Assembly (NCBI GenBank): GCA_000320545.1
Contig: ADNK01000461.1
Span: forward strand, 1-64,000
DNA: 64,000 nucleotides
Source: Bigelowiella natans CCMP2755
Taxonomy: Eukaryota > Protista > Cercozoa
Direction: 5' to 3'
Shown here: one piece after another, positions 1 through 15,206 of the stretch
Layout: each line of letters opens with the position of its first letter
Numbering within the stretch: the stretch's first letter is position 1
Made by a program: the position numbers and the translations under genes
The notes under the pieces: model-generated
What the model saw: only the letters and a program-made list of their open reading frames with translations
Told to the model about the DNA's origin: nothing
The model's database searches: none

Positions 1-167
1 ATATCTTTATATCCATCTGCATAAACCCAGAGCAACACACGAGGACACACACCGAGAGACACTCACATGCACAGATACCCACACATAATTGAATTGTCTT
101 AATAGAAAAAATACAACAACGACGTGTATATCCATGAGGTCGTGTATACAGCGATAAACCCAGACAT

Positions 168-170
168 AGA

Positions 171-223
<53 letters not shown>
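168..223. repeat. (GA)n microsatellite upstream of the WNK kinase gene
   Basis: Direct reading of a near-perfect GA run. It is one of many (GA)n/(CA)n/(TA)n/(CAG)n/(TAG)n tracts in introns and flanks throughout the window. Confidence 0.95.
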
Positions 224-226
<3 letters not shown>

Positions 227-332
227 CGGAGGGGTGAGCGGACGACTTACTTTTAGAGCTTATTCACCGGATAAAGGACACGGGTTGGATTGCTAGAAAC
301 TTGCAAGAAACCACCAGAATAGAAACCCTACA

Positions 333-1765
333 ATGTCCACTGGTGTCCCTAGCGAGAGCAAGAATATTACGGGCTACAAGGATGAGCCGCCACCTGGTGG
401 CGGGAAGGATGGTGGAAAACAAGGAGGAGTGGAATCATCCCGCGGTGGTGGCGGCAAATCTACAAAAGATTCCAAAAAAGAGCAGCAAAAGAGCCCTGAT
501 GGGAAATGGATTCGAACAAACAAGAAGCTAGGTTCGGGTTCATTCAAAAGTGTTTATCTCGCGATCGCGATAGACGGGAAAGAGGTGGCGTGGAATGTTA
601 TAAAGTTGGGCAGGATGGGCCCAAAACAAAAAGCCAAGGTGAGAAGTATTCACTTGATTAAAGCATCTCTTCAATGCACATATCGCTTGAACTCACAGAC
701 CATCACACACACGTTTTCAGGTTAGGCAGGAAGTGGAAATTTTAAAAGATACAGAGCATCGTAACATAATTGAATTCCTTGACAACTGGGAGACGAATCA
801 CAGGCTAATTTTCATCACAGGTTTGAGAGTTAAATTTTGAGGAATGAAGTACGTAATCGGATTTCACATTGAAACATTCCATTTATACCAGAGAAGGCAT
901 CTGCCACATTGAAAGATAGGATTCAGGCGTTGAACCCTGTGGCTATTTCGACTATAAGGTATTTTACATATTTCATCCAAACTCATCACAATCCTCGCTA
1001 ATACAAATACAACCAGGATTTGGGCCGAGCAGATTCTCAACGCTCTCGTTTATCTCCATACTAGGTCAAATGTTTGTTAATATTCTGATCCGGATATTTG
1101 AAGACATCCTTATCTGCTACCATATATTTTTGGTTCTATTAGGCTATTTTTTTTTTTTTTGAAGATATCTAATGTTTATTTGGTGGTGGAAAGCGAAGTC
1201 GAAATGTTCATAAAAACTACTATTTAGGGCATCCCCAATTATTCACCGCGATCTGAAGCCAGATAATGTCTTTGTGGCTTCCGACGGAACAATAAGACTT
1301 GGCGATTTCGGTTTGGCGGTGGAGACAGTGAAGAACAGCACTATTCTTGGTTCTCCTGCATATATGGCGCCTGAAATCTGGCTTTCCAATGGATATGACT
1401 CGAAGGTTAATCCAATAGTAGTTATTGTCATGTCTCTCATCATCATCACAACGGTGATTTATTGGCTTTAAGGTCGACGTTTATGCGTTCGGAATGGTAT
1501 GTCTCGAGATGAAGACGAATCAGACACCGTAAGAATAATATAAAAGTCCAACACTTCCCCCTTTTCTTACATCTTTTCTTCTTTTTCATAATTTATTTGT
1601 TGATTTAATGATTGTTTGCGAAAAACAGATACATCGAAAACAACGATCTGATGGTCGACAGAGCGAAAGGGATCAAGATACCTCCTCCTGAGGCCCTTGA
1701 TGTATATGCACTATCATCCAAACAAACAAACAAATTAACTCTCCTCTCTCTCTTACATATACACT

Positions 1766-1805
<40 letters not shown>

Positions 1806-4562
1806 CTTGTATCCTTTGTGTTGTAAATCGGGGGATTTTTCATTATATTCTAATTTATCTATCGATTGAACAATCAGTCCAAGACATTCCATGTCGAACC
1901 TAAAAGAATGCACGGGAAGCTAAGGAAGATGATCCTCTCGTGTGTATGGTAGTGATAATACAAATTGCAAGTAGTACATCATCATAGCGTTTGATTTGTC
2001 TGTGTTAATGGCGCAGCTGGGAAGCAGAGAAAAGACCAACAGCAACGGAATTGTTGGATGATGAATTCTTCCATCCTTCGCTATTCAAGATTGATGCGTG
2101 CAAAGTAAGCAGCCAAGTATAGCAGCAGTAGCAGCATTTTACCATCTTTATTTTATAGAGAAATAATTATCATCATCATCATCATCATCATCATCATGTT
2201 AACTACTCGCAGGTTGCATTTCCAGACGTGAATTGCAAGGAGAAGGTTCATCTAACACTGGAAACGAACGTTAAGAGCAGGTTTGTGATGATGATTAGTT
2301 TGGCAACATCGACAAGAAGAACATATTGCGGAATCATAAAAAAGAACTGAGAAAGATGGATTAATACCGTTTTATTAAATCTTCTGACTGAAATAATATC
2401 TAAATGTCAGCCGGACAACCGAGTTCAGCATTGACCAACGAAACGAGAATCTTAGAGATATTGCAAAAGAATTTGCCGAGGAATTCAAAGCAGAAATTTT
2501 AGAAGGTTGTTCAAACTGGAGATGTCCTCCTCGTCGTCGTCGTTGTCGTTTCGTTATGTCGTGTACTTCTAAACTCCTTTGTTTTCCTACTACTCACAGA
2601 GTATCCGGATAGTTTAGGACAAGATATAGCAGATATGGTCTACGGCGTAATACGGGTGAGAATATCTATACAAATTATATATTATTTGTTGAAAATACAA
2701 CTGTGATGATGACGACAAGTGTAAAACATAGTTACATAATTTGTACAGAAGGAAATAAGAGATCGGCAACGGGAGTTTGAGGAATCCACAAAGACTCCAA
2801 GAGAAGGAGGAGGAGGAGGAGGAGGGGGTGGACAGTCTAATGGCAATAGTGACATTACAAGGCGCAAATCACAAATTAGTAGTACCACAGCAGCTAGCAA
2901 CACTGAAGTTGCAGGGACCACGAAGACGACGACTACGACGGGATCCCAGCAGCAGCAGCAGCAGCAGCAAGTACAACAGCAGCCGCGGCCAACTAAAGAC
3001 CAACCTGTGCCAAATTCCACCGAGGCATCATCTAATACAGCAGCTTCAAATCTACCGGATGAGGAGGTCAAGCGCGTGCTTGAGAATGTAATATTACAAT
3101 CATTTGTTTCCGCATTAAACAATAGTTGTAGGACATTGTTAAGGAGGGCTGAGTTGCCTCATTTCTTTTTTTATTATTATAATACTTTGGGATTGGAATA
3201 CTACATTTTGGGGGGGATTTTTTTGTTGTTGGGAAGACTCCGAGAGGACATACTGTGAATCTGGTTCTTCGTCGTTCTCCCAAGCAACACGGTGGTGGTG
3301 GTGGTGGTGGTGTCTTTCGATCGCCAAGTGGGAACTTCCATATCATACGTCCCACTTTACGTACAATGTGGAGTGCCCCTCATGATGGCTCCCAAGTACA
3401 AAAGAAGGATGATGCAGAGGAGGAGGAGGAGGTGGAGATTAAAACCCCGACAACGACGATTGGTGCGGGTGGTGGGGTTGTACGGTTAGCACAAGAGGAG
3501 GAGGATGATGAGCATTTCTGCACCATCAAACATCAATCGCCTGGCAGACCACGTCATAAGAGTGATGTAAATATTACTAATAATACTACTACCCGCAACC
3601 ACCCTCCTACTATTCAAACGCCAACAGCAGCAGCAGTACCAACAGGAGGAGGTGGTGTACGGGGGGGTTTGTCTCAATCTATAACCCTTCCTCGGTGGCG
3701 TGAGCAACAGCAGCAGCAGCAGCAGCAGAGATGTCATCGTGGAGGCAGCTATCATTCTTTGACAGATACAAGTGGAAGAGGAGGAGGAGGGAGGGGGGGG
3801 GAGAGCAGCTTATCTGCTCACAATAATGGCAGAAAATCCAAATCAGCACATCGTCGGGAATTCGCCTTCTCTCAGCCTTTAATCCATGATTTTATGGTGG
3901 TCTCTCCCGCTTTTTAAATCTATACTTTTGGGTCAGAGGAGGGGAGGTTTAACTTGATATTTTCTTATTATCCTAAGAATTATGTGTTTCTGGTTGTGTT
4001 CCTTCTTGCTGTTGATTATTATTTAGCAATCTGGCCAACAAGGAACATCATCTTCAGATCAGCAGCTGGAGGACTTTGAAGTGCTAGCTATCAAGGTACT
4101 ACTACTATTCCTACTACACACCACGCCACGAGTACGTATGGTGCGCATTTTGTTTCAAGATTAAGTATTATTATCTTCATTGTCATGTTGTTGTTGTTGT
4201 TGCTGCTGCTGTTGATCAGATTCTGGAGACAGCAGAGGGGGGGGCATCATCATCTCTTGGACCAGAGCATGTGAGAATGAACGTCGTTCTAAAAGTTAAA
4301 GGCAAGACTAGGGTAACAACGAGGAGGATAAATACGATGATGATGATGCTGATGATTGATGATGAAGAAAAAGAAGACGATGACAACAACAACTAGGATG
4401 TAGAATTACAATCAACACAATTTTATCTCACATTCGAATTTGACATTCCTCCTCAATACTCATACACTGTAATTATTTGATATTATTTTAGGAATTTTCA
4501 TGCGGTTTCGATTTAGGAAAGCAAAGTCATTTCAGGGTTGTATACACATATATTTATATATA

Positions 4563-4606
<44 letters not shown>

Positions 4607-5161
4607 GTTTATTTCATTCAGTAGATCGTATGAAGGTATTAATAATATCATCTACTACCTCTTAGAGCGCATCGGATATATTACGTCAATTTTTGGACGT
4701 GGAGAAGTTCCCAAAGGTGAAGATGAGAGAATGATGATGATGATGATGATAATGATGATGATGACGGCAATGTGTTTCTCCTCTTTCTATTGTTGTGTTC
4801 TTTTGGGTCATCACAGCACGTGGAGTACGTTGAGTTGCTTGCAGATAAAATGAAAGCAGCGTTGCTACACAAACAAGAGGTATATATATATATATATGTA
4901 TAATATCTCCCCTCCCACTTGTTCATACTCAGGTTCGATTTTCCATCATCATTATTATGCGTTGTTGTTATTTATGATGGCAATATCTTAGATGTTTAAT
5001 AAGAGGAGAGAGCTAGATACAAAGATGGGTCTTGAGGACATGCTCAATGCAGCGGGCATAACTGACCAAAAAGTTATGGAGAAAATCATAGAGCAAGAAA
5101 TCACGGTATTTCTTATTTATTCATTTATTATCATCAGTGATTTTTTCACCAAGTACACACG

Positions 5162-5204
<43 letters not shown>

Positions 5205-6657
5205 ATGCAATGCTAACCCCCTCCTTAACATTGTATTATAATGAATTTATTTTTATCTACTACTATCATCAGGTGGATGATTTAAGAAAAGGCGTCTTGA
5301 CAGAAGAGGACTTGAAAGAAATTATTCCAAAACTTGGACCCCGACGTCGACTAATTAGAAGGGCGCAACAAGAAGGTGATACGTGATGTTTGTTCTTCTT
5401 GGAGGATCAACTTATTCCCTAGTATACGCATAATCGTACATAATATTATTTGTGTTTGTTTGTGTTTCGTGCGTGCAGCGCGGTCGATTATACGCACTAC
5501 TCACAGATGATGGATATGTCTCTTCGTCGGTGTGTGTGTTTTTGCTGCCTGCTGTTGTGTATAGGGTCCCTTCCATCAGGAGGTAATAAGGAGGTCGTAT
5601 CATCCGAGAATAGCATCTCTGTAGGAGGAGGAGGAGGGCCAATATCCTCCAACCCAATGCCCGCTCCTTCTACGGCTACTTCTTCCAGTAGCGTGCTGAT
5701 TGATCCACAGCAGCAGCAGGTTGGTTGTTGGGATTGAAGTACATATAATTTGTGTATTTCGTATCATCAAAGGTTGAGATCACTTCCTCTGCCCCTCTCC
5801 TCTCCTCCCCCTCCTCCTAGAGCCGGATGTTAAAATCATCATCGCATGTCAAGAAGGTGGTTTCGTTAAAATCTACAGGCGCTCAAGGTGATGATTTAAA
5901 ATAATAACAAGAATGTGCTGAGCATCGCCGCCGTCGACACACAGAATAGTAGTATTTTTGCACTTCTTCTGCATGCACAGCTATTCCTCTTGATGGATGG
6001 GGGAATGATTAATATTTTTTAAATCCAGTAGTAGCAGCAGCGGCACCAACCGATAATGGCCCAGAGTACGTCGTCGCACAAAGCAATTCCACGGTGTGTT
6101 TCGTATTCTTACAATTTTAGCTGTGGTGGTGGTAGTAAGTAGCTTTTTGTTGTGGGAGTGGTGCTATCAAGTAGTAGTAGTAGCAGTAGTAGCAGCAGCA
6201 GCAGTAGTCTCCATCATCTTGAAGGATGATAGATGTGAGTAAAAGATTATCTTATTCTTGGGAATCATGCATGCATGCATCATTTGATGCAAGAAATGAT
6301 ACTAATACTACATTACTACATCTCAGGCGGTTGTTTCAAGTGATACTACTGGGGGGGGGGCAACTGAGGGAAAACAAGGTGGCAGTTGTAGTTTTGGCAA
6401 GATAGCAGTGTGATGTGTAATAATATCGTCGCAAAGGAATCGATTCTTCCTCTTATAATCGTCCTTTTCCTTTTATTGGGTGTTGGAAATATAGACTACT
6501 TTTGTATGACTTGACTCGACTGTTCTGATAAGAAGAACATCTTCTAAATTTGTATTTTTAGTCACGAGGTCAGTGGTTGATCCCCATGCCAATAGTAGCG
6601 AAGCCATCGACGGCCATCGATTACAAACTAGTAGAAGAAATACGTCTCCGTGACTAA
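333..6657 (+). CDS. WNK (With-No-Lysine)-type Ser/Thr kinase with C-terminal SAM domain, multi-exon (3' end approximate)
   Basis: [10 protein letters not shown] (Lys in the Gly loop) with EVAWN lacking the subdomain II Lys is the WNK hallmark. Later exons give [42 protein letters not shown] and [11 protein letters not shown]-like segment [10 protein letters not shown]...[19 protein letters not shown] at ~5030-5370. GT-AG introns. Confidence 0.85.
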
Positions 6658-6774
6658 GCAGAGAATAGAATGAGTGCTATGGCCTCTCGAATCATCTGTA
6701 ATATGCATGTCTAGATGTTACGCAAAATCATCGCGGTAGTAGGCATGTGCTGTTTATTGGTGTGTTACGTATTC

Positions 6775-6824
<50 letters not shown>

Positions 6825-6838
6825 TTATATATATGTAC

Positions 6839-6879
<41 letters not shown>

Positions 6880-7958
6880 CTGAAGGTCTAACAATAATAA
6901 GCTTAGCCAAGTGCGAGTCGAAGCGCGGAAGCATCTGCATTATCGATCATGTTGTTAACGATTCCCACATCGATTAACGTCGATCGTTGTGAGGGATGCA
7001 TTGTATGCATCTCTGATCTTATAGCTTTGCCAGGCACTTACATGGAGATGGAGCTCATCCACTCACCTCGCACATCTGTAACATCTGCCAGACTAGTATA
7101 TACACTGACATGCTAGCATGCTGCACAGTGTAGTCATGCAACGTGCTAGCTATAGTAGCGTGCGCGTATACGTACAATGTGACTTTTTATTACACATTCT
7201 AGCATTGTGCACGCACGCTACATCACATTATTGCTAGAGCGTACATGGCCATTCGATTCTATAGCATTATTGCAGCTGACATGCATGTACGTAGCGTCCA
7301 CGTGTGCATGGCTACATCTCATTACATACTAGCATATTGCGCGCGGGATGATATGCTCTAGCTTGAAAATTTTAATTTATTCACTACACACTGCACATAT
7401 CGATCCGTCGCACACATAGCTAGCTAGCTAGCGCCAGCTAGCCAGCATGCTAGCATGCTGCACCAGTGATGGAATGAAAATGACACACTGAGCTAGTAAG
7501 TAGCGCCAAAGACATGCCTCTTTGTCCCGCTCGATGGCAATGTGGATCGTATACTTGCACAAAACAAGACTTTGTGTGCATTCTAGCATATCGTAGTGTC
7601 ACGTTGAGCATCCTGTCATCATGCTGTCGTCAATGCATGAGGACACCACACACGTGCATGCTCCCAACTCTGGAGGTGAACGTACTGCATGTGAGCGGTT
7701 ACTCTAGCATAGCTAGTACCTGTGTATTTCTACCTACGTGGCATGGCGGCATGTAGTTCCACAGTTGCATCTATCTGCACCCGTTACGTGGCGGGGCATG
7801 CATGAATAAGGTCAAACGTGTGTTCATTTGTCTGTGTAAACAAACTAGATAGCTAGCCGCTGCTGATACAGTACACTCGCAGTATGTAGCATCTCATTTG
7901 CAAGCGTATGATATATTTTAAGGTGAAACGTAACATCACATTGCGATAGCGCTCAACG

Positions 7959-10872
7959 CTAGTTCATGATATGGGACCAAGCATGATAGCCTGTCTCAGC
8001 ATGAAGATTCCACATAAAACCATTCAACCCATACTTGACGCCCTGGACAGGCGGACACCCACCGTGGTAGCTCATGTAGTCGTTCACACCAGCACCAGAT
8101 TTTGAGTAAAATAGTGCAGCTGTTCCTTTCTTCGGTTCGACTCTTAATCCTGCCGCACATTCGCTCATGCCTGGCCGCTCTTCAGGTCTTTGTGATGCCA
8201 CTAAAGTGCCATTTGCACGAACAATGAGCTGTCGTGCTCCTTGAGGTGGAATTGCTCGTGGGAATACAGTCTCCCCCCCAATGAAATCGTCGTTCAGATA
8301 GCCAAAGAAAGTAGCATGTCTGTTCGGCTCGACGCGATATTTTTTGCGACGAAGAGGATTTTCTGTCGACATCGATTCTTTTCTTGCCCTTAGGTCCTTC
8401 ACCGCCTCGGATCCATCAACACACCTACAGCAACAGCAGAAACGCACAAAACAACCAGAACAAATTATCACACTCTACAAACGTATCATCCTAAAGACCA
8501 TAGACACTCAAATTTAAACCTCGACTACTGGTTGTTCATTAGCAGCATATTGGGATTAGCAGGAATTCTTCCCCAAACGCATCATCGATGTCAATTAGAA
8601 AAGGACGAGCCATAATGTTGGTACAACAGCTATGTACTATACTATGCTGCTTCCTACTACTTTAGTAGTAGTAACCCACCCTCCATCTCGTTCCCATGCC
8701 ACTTGTAACGCTGACAGCAAATCGACAGAATTGGGGTGTGCGTCAAATAAAGCCGAGGCGAGGTCCCGAGATCTGTGTATGTATCATGATATACAATGTG
8801 AAGTTTATCTTGATGATTCTTTGGCTTATTGTGTGCGTGTATTTGTGTTAAAAATGAATAATCAATATACAACCCACGCTTGATATTGTGACGTAGCCAG
8901 GATGTCCAGTCATCGTTCAGCAGTTGGGAGATTGTGGGGGATTCCAATGAAAATTGTGCAATTTTCATTTCGAAGTCAATTTTGCTGCTACTGCTGGTAC
9001 TGGCGCTGCTTTTGTCACCGTATTCCTTCCTCCGCTCGGCTAGGAATTTAAGTGGTAGGGGACACTTTAATACGGCAGCCTTCCAGACACTAAAAAGTCC
9101 ATAATTCTTTTTGTAGGTCTCTTCTATCGACGCCCTCTTCTTATCTAGCAAGGGATCAACCCAGTTGTGAAAGAAATCATGATGACCTTTGTACCTGAAA
9201 AATACATTGAGACTAACATCGCTATAATCTCGTCATCATATTACGAGTCACTACAGCCAACATCCACCACCATCATCAACATCATCATCATCAATTGTCA
9301 TCGACATCATTATCACGATAATAAGTGCCAATCATCATTGTTAGCCACTCTTCCAGCACTTTGCCTCCCTTTCTTCTTCCCCAACTGTGACTACCACGCC
9401 ATATTTTTCAGGTTCGCTACTAAAATGAACAGCCAAAACTTCTTTATAACTACCATTCCCCAGGATGATATCTAACCAGCTGTAGTTTTTCAGAATAACC
9501 GGGGGGTAAACGAGCGATTCGTTCTGCTCGCTCTCGAGCCCTTTCTTCAGCTCCACCAAACAAAGATGCCGTGCTAGACGTGCGGTAGTTCTTAAACCTT
9601 TCCATTACGAGGACAGACATCACCAACATCGCAGCGCAAGTAGTCAGAAAAAGAGGAAACATCATCGTTGTTTAATTGAATGGTCAAGAACCAGGTGATG
9701 ATGTTCCCAGTATCATCATATCATCAATAAACATCACGATTGATCTATTGTAGTTGCTACGAAACATTGTAAATCCTCCTTGTGACTTCTTTCTTTCTTT
9801 CATCATCAGAATTACATCTTACTTGGGATCATCAGAGTAGTGGCGTTCCGGAGAACGCTGCATACTACGAGATCCAACAGTAATCAAGTCGTCGCATAGG
9901 GACGGAGAGAGAGCGTTCTCAACGACAATGACCTGATCAACAACAGAGCATAACAAGGGGATATCATGAATACGCCTTTCTAAGTAGGTAGTAGGTGGTT
10001 AAGCACATCATCCCTTTCTATTCGAAAATACAAAAAAATATTAATGCCACATAGCTTTGAATTGTCATCAGACTCGCTGTTGCGCTGGAGCATGGTCACT
10101 ACAAATACTGCTGCTATTACTACGTACATTGTGCAAATATTGTTACATTCTTCCTCCTACTACCTTAGGACTCATCGAAACCGTCGTGTACTGCACCCCC
10201 TCTGACTCCCATTTGTGTCCTACCTGCTCATACAAGCAGCAACACGTCCATTTATACCAACAGAATTTCAGTATATTTTCTTGCCAATAATTTGCTCTCA
10301 TGCATGCATATACCACCGACTGCACACGAAATGTATGCGCGCACGTGTCTGTGAATGAAAGAGAGAAAGAGAGTTATGCCGCCCTCAAATCTTTGTTCTA
10401 TTTACATCCCTATGTGTACATGTGTGTGTGCGCGCGCGCGCGCTTGCGCTTATCTGTGACCCTGATTCCTGGCCACACCCACGCCTCACCCTTTAAAAGT
10501 ACATATAGACTATTGCCTGTATATAATAATATGATTGTTGCATTGCGTGTAAGTTTTGGTAACTGGTTGTTTTGTAAGAGTTTGTAATATTTTTATAGCA
10601 TCTGCTACTAGTATGGTGTAGTGGAAGATATTTTGGATGATGCTGATATAATCCTAAATCACATTATATGACCAACACCTCATGAATTGTATAACGAAGG
10701 ATAGTGAGCATTATGTTGTCGTACCAAGAAATTCACATACCTGCGCCATTTACACGCGCTCGTTGCTGCTCCTCATTACCGTTGGCCACGGGATATCTGA
10801 TGATGTTTGTTTGTTGAAGTTCTGAATCTTTGGTATTGTCATTGACAAGGTTATCGTCCAGAATAGCCTCTG

Positions 10873-10922
<50 letters not shown>

Positions 10923-11462
10923 CCCCTCTCTAGCTCTATGATATACCAATATTTCCTGTTGCTATTACTACCAACTAAAATTTCCCAGCTTATTAACAAC
11001 TACCCTTACTACAACAACAACAACTACTACTACTACTACTACTACACTCTATGCACTAGTCACTATCCAATAACGGCATAAAAAATTATGAACCAACCCC
11101 ATGCTATCGTAAAGGTAAAGCGATGCAAAATCGCCATTGTCGCTGGTATTGTCATCAACACTGCGTAGGACATCTATTGCAGCCCTTGCAAGATCGTGAG
11201 CGCATCCTGGCTTCCAAGAGAACATTACACCTTTCATATTCATGTTATCAATTGATCATTCTAATATCTTCAACATTTAGATCAACAGGTGAGGAAAGAG
11301 GAATCGTAAACAACGAATAATGCAAGAGCAGCAAAAAGTGCATGCACTAACTAAATCGACCACTGTTCTCCCCATTTAGCATCATCAGGACTCTGTCATT
11401 GCCGCTAATGTTGTCCTTGAATCAAACGTACCAGCATCCGAACACACACACATACACACACA

Positions 11463-11505
<43 letters not shown>

Positions 11506-12019
11506 TATTCATTCATATATAGTTCGTGTGTGGACAAGTGTGCGCGCGCACAGATTTACAAAAAGGAGATAAAAGGGGGGATGAGAATCGTATGACACAA
11601 TTTCCAAAGGACGACGACAAAGTTGGAACAACCCTTTTGTCATTATCATCCTTGCCTCACTTAATGGTGTTAAGTTCTCTTAAGGTAGTTACCTGGTTTT
11701 CACCCTCCCCTTCTTCCTCCATTGTCGCATGCGCTTGCCCTTTGCAAGAGTTTTCATCGAAATCTTTGCTTGATGTTGGCCAAAGGCTGATATCTCTACC
11801 CATGAGTCTCGAATCTTCACCACCTATTCTGTTGCCGTTATCGAAGGCACAGCTGCCACCACCTTCTTCCTCTTTTCTTGAGCATGTTGATGATGACAGC
11901 GACGACGACGACGACACCAGTGGAAAGATGGAACCGGTCTTCGCAATAAATAAAGAAAATATTATTAGGGCAGTTATACACATGCAGAAGCTTCTTGAGG
12001 AACTACATTGCTTTATCAT
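7959..12019 (-). CDS. Prolyl 4-hydroxylase-like 2OG-Fe(II) dioxygenase with N-terminal signal/anchor, multi-exon (start approximate)
   Basis: Exons read TTVSMSPK, VENALSPSLCDDL, RTSSTASL, EKLQLVRYHPGEW, YKGHHDFF (HxD), RHATFFGYLND..GGETVFP, VEPKKGTAALFY and YHGGCPPVQGVKY (distal His and 2OG-binding Lys). Hydrophobic N-terminus ITALIIFSLFIA. Confidence 0.85.
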
Positions 12020-13214
12020 ACATTCATCTGAATAAAATTGACAGAGACAGTAAGAGCGGGTGGCCAAAATATAATCTACGTCAACGTTTAATGACAGCAC
12101 ACCTACGCGTGCATGCTATTCCCGTGAGGATACGCGCATGTGTGAAGAGTAAAAGTGTTTTAAATTCATTCAATCTCATACATTTTCTCTCCCCCTCTCC
12201 CTTGCGCGAGGGAGAGGGGTAGAGATTGTGTGAACGTGTTCGTAATGGCGGTGGGGAGTGTGGGCAGACGGATGTGTGGGTATGCGTGAAATAATGTGTT
12301 AAAACAGTACCACAACAAGGAGGAGAATAAATTCCAGGGAAGACCCCATGGACCGCGAAGCAAGCACTCGCAGTGGCAGATAGATAGAGATCTTCGTCGA
12401 TGGTTGTATGTACGTGTGTACTGCCCTGCCCGATGATGGGAGATGCCGACTGGCTGGCTGGCTGATGACGCACACAGCGCCGGTTGCTGACGGGTTTACA
12501 TCGGGGATTTATTTATTATGTTGATCTCCTGCTTCTCTCTGCTCCTACTCCTCCTCTTATACACACCGCTTAGAATCTTTCTCTCATGTCATCCGTGGCC
12601 AAGTGGACGAAAAAAACCAGAATTTAGCTGATAATACCGTAAAAAACACGGCATGTGAGCTGTGTGATCTTGTGGTTGAAAAGTCTGGTGGGTACATGTA
12701 CCATAGTACGATCCTACCGTGCTCAATGGCCAAGCGGAGGTTAATATTGACTAAATGTAGGCAAATTATTGGCAAAAGTACGTAGCCTGAGCGAATCAGA
12801 GAGCACACACGTTGTGAGATCCAAGGTTTTGACCAAACATAGGCAACAAGGACTAAGGTTTTCATACTTCTGCAAGTCGTAGATCAGAAATACTCTTTGG
12901 ATTCATGTGAATTAACCCACGAGAAGCTGTCAAACTAAGAGATGACAGCGGGTTGTTCTTGATATCCTAATTTCTCCTGAAACTACCTGAAATATTCATA
13001 AAATTCTCCATGTATTTCCATTTTCCTACGAATTCAACGGCATTACGCCTAAAGACTTCCAAATTTTGAGCTGAAACTCCAGCATCCATTCTAACCTCAG
13101 GCAGGCTTCGCAAGATACTTGGCTCATTACATTGCGCTCCCCCCTGAAAGTAGACACTCCAACCAAGTATTCCAGAGATTTTCTTCAATAGAGTAGGGTA
13201 TTGTTGTTGGAACA

Positions 13215-14243
13215 ATGCGGAGAAGGAAAAACTCACATCGTCGAAAGCGGAAAGTGATATCGGAAACATATGAGCGAGAAGCAATAGCTGCCCTCTTTGT
13301 TCTCAGCCGTTCTGGTATCAATGATGATGACACTGCGACAGCCTCCTTAGTAACACTAAACATGGGCGAGTGGAATAAGGAGAGAGGAGAAAATACAACG
13401 ATGATGAATGGTCTTCCGAATAGGAAGAAGAAAAGACACCGGAGACAATACAGCAGAGAAACGCGTTGGTTATACACCAAAAACGTTCAAACACCAGCAA
13501 GTTCAAGCCAGTGTTTGCTTGGAGCCAACGCTAGGGGTTTTGCACCTACCAAGTCACATGCCTCTCGCAATTTAAAGAACATTCACAAAGAAGTCCTTAG
13601 AAGTTCTGGCAGATCAACCCCTGTTTCGCTGCTTTCATCAGGGAAGAAACAAAGGAGAAAACTGACTGTCTTTCTATCCCCCCCTCCAAAAAACCCGTAC
13701 ATCTCTGACTCGATCAGACTTGCATCCCATATTTCGCCACTCAGCTCTTCTCATCATCACAACGACTCCAAGGATGGATGTTCTTCTCGGATAGTTGCTG
13801 ATGCTCCAGCGACATCTCTCCTAAAGAGGGAGACAAAGACGCGAAGAGCAGGGGAAAAAAAGAGGCAGAACTTTGACTGCGCAATAGGCTATATTACCTC
13901 ACATATATGCACACGCAAGATGAGGGAGATCGGCTACTCCAACTCTGTCCTCGTATCTTTGAAGAGTCGCAAACCTCAGTATGCAAGAAAAGTGGTCCTA
14001 GGAAGCGTAAGCTGGCGCTGCAACGCTTTAGTCAACAACAGCAAGAAATATAGCCTAGCTGCAATTTTTGCCTTTGGTGAGGAGGATGATAAATTAGAGC
14101 TGCTTATTCCCGATACAAGAATACCGGTATCGATACTCCAGCTCGAACTCAAGTTCAAAAAGGTAGTACGTACGATGAGAGGGAGGAGGGAGAGACGAGG
14201 GAAGGGAGGAAGGGAAACGGTGGTAGTCGTGGTAAGTGGGTGA
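13215..14243 (+). CDS. Hypothetical basic protein, 342 aa, single ORF
   Basis: Long ORF in normal-composition DNA with several NLS-like basic stretches. No family recognised. Confidence 0.5.
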   Translation: MRRRKNSHRRKRKVISETYEREAIAALFVLSRSGINDDDTATASLVTLNMGEWNKERGENTTMMNGLPNRKKKRHRRQYSRETRWLYTKNVQTPASSSQCLLGANARGFAPTKSHASRNLKNIHKEVLRSSGRSTPVSLLSSGKKQRRKLTVFLSPPPKNPYISDSIRLASHISPLSSSHHHNDSKDGCSSRIVADAPATSLLKRETKTRRAGEKKRQNFDCAIGYITSHICTRKMREIGYSNSVLVSLKSRKPQYARKVVLGSVSWRCNALVNNSKKYSLAAIFAFGEEDDKLELLIPDTRIPVSILQLELKFKKVVRTMRGRRERRGKGGRETVVVVVSG

Positions 14244-15206
14244 AATAAGGACCATGACCCATACACCTCAATTTTAGCATCTGAGCCTCTATTCTATCAG
14301 GTGCTCAGAGATATTTGTCCAAATCTGCCCGTGAAAAAGTTCAAAATTCAGATCAATACAGATTCGTGTATTGCTAGAAACGCAGTTGTGTAGTTGCTTC
14401 CAGTTGAATAAATCGCGTTGTTTTATGCTCTTTAATTTCACCTCATATACCGCTTAGTTTCCAAAAAACTTAGTCTTGTCGTTCTATAGAATATACCACC
14501 GAAATACAATATCGTGCGAAAATTATGCCGGAATAGAATCGTATCGTCGACAGATAATATATTCAATTGTGTACTATTTTTATTTGATGACTTGATTCAA
14601 ATCGAATGGTGAATCTATTCGATCCTCATCACGTCGAATATTTTGAATTTCAATAAGATATATTGATTTTGTCCTTCACAAGTAAGAGGGGTTTTATGAC
14701 CCTTACAGTCAGTTTGTGTTGTCATCTATGCTAGTGTCTTTGTTGTTTGCTTTCTGTGAGTGAGTGATGTGAGTGAACAGCAAAAAGTTTATATGGTTTG
14801 ACAACAAAATTTATTTAACTAAAATGAATCAAAATGTCTCTAGATACGGTTGGAATCCATTCTGCTAGTCTTTATAGATTGAAGAAGAAATTTTGTTATT
14901 TATCTGTCGGACTACTTCGTTTGTATGTCCATTCTTGGTCCAAAATACGATACAATATTTGCGCTGATATATGCCATGCATATACCACGCCGTCCACGTA
15001 TCGATACTTAACATGAAATTACATTCCTCGCAGGGGTTATGCCAACACTGATTTGTTGCTGCTAGCTATTGCTAGACCTGCCGCACATAGCTGTATCGTA
15101 TTGTATGCAAGCTGACATTAAACATGTGTGTTACTTTGTTCCTTTGAAAAATAGCAGCACGAAGGGTTTTGCTGTCGGCAGTCGCTTCAATGTTGATAAT
15201 ATATAT

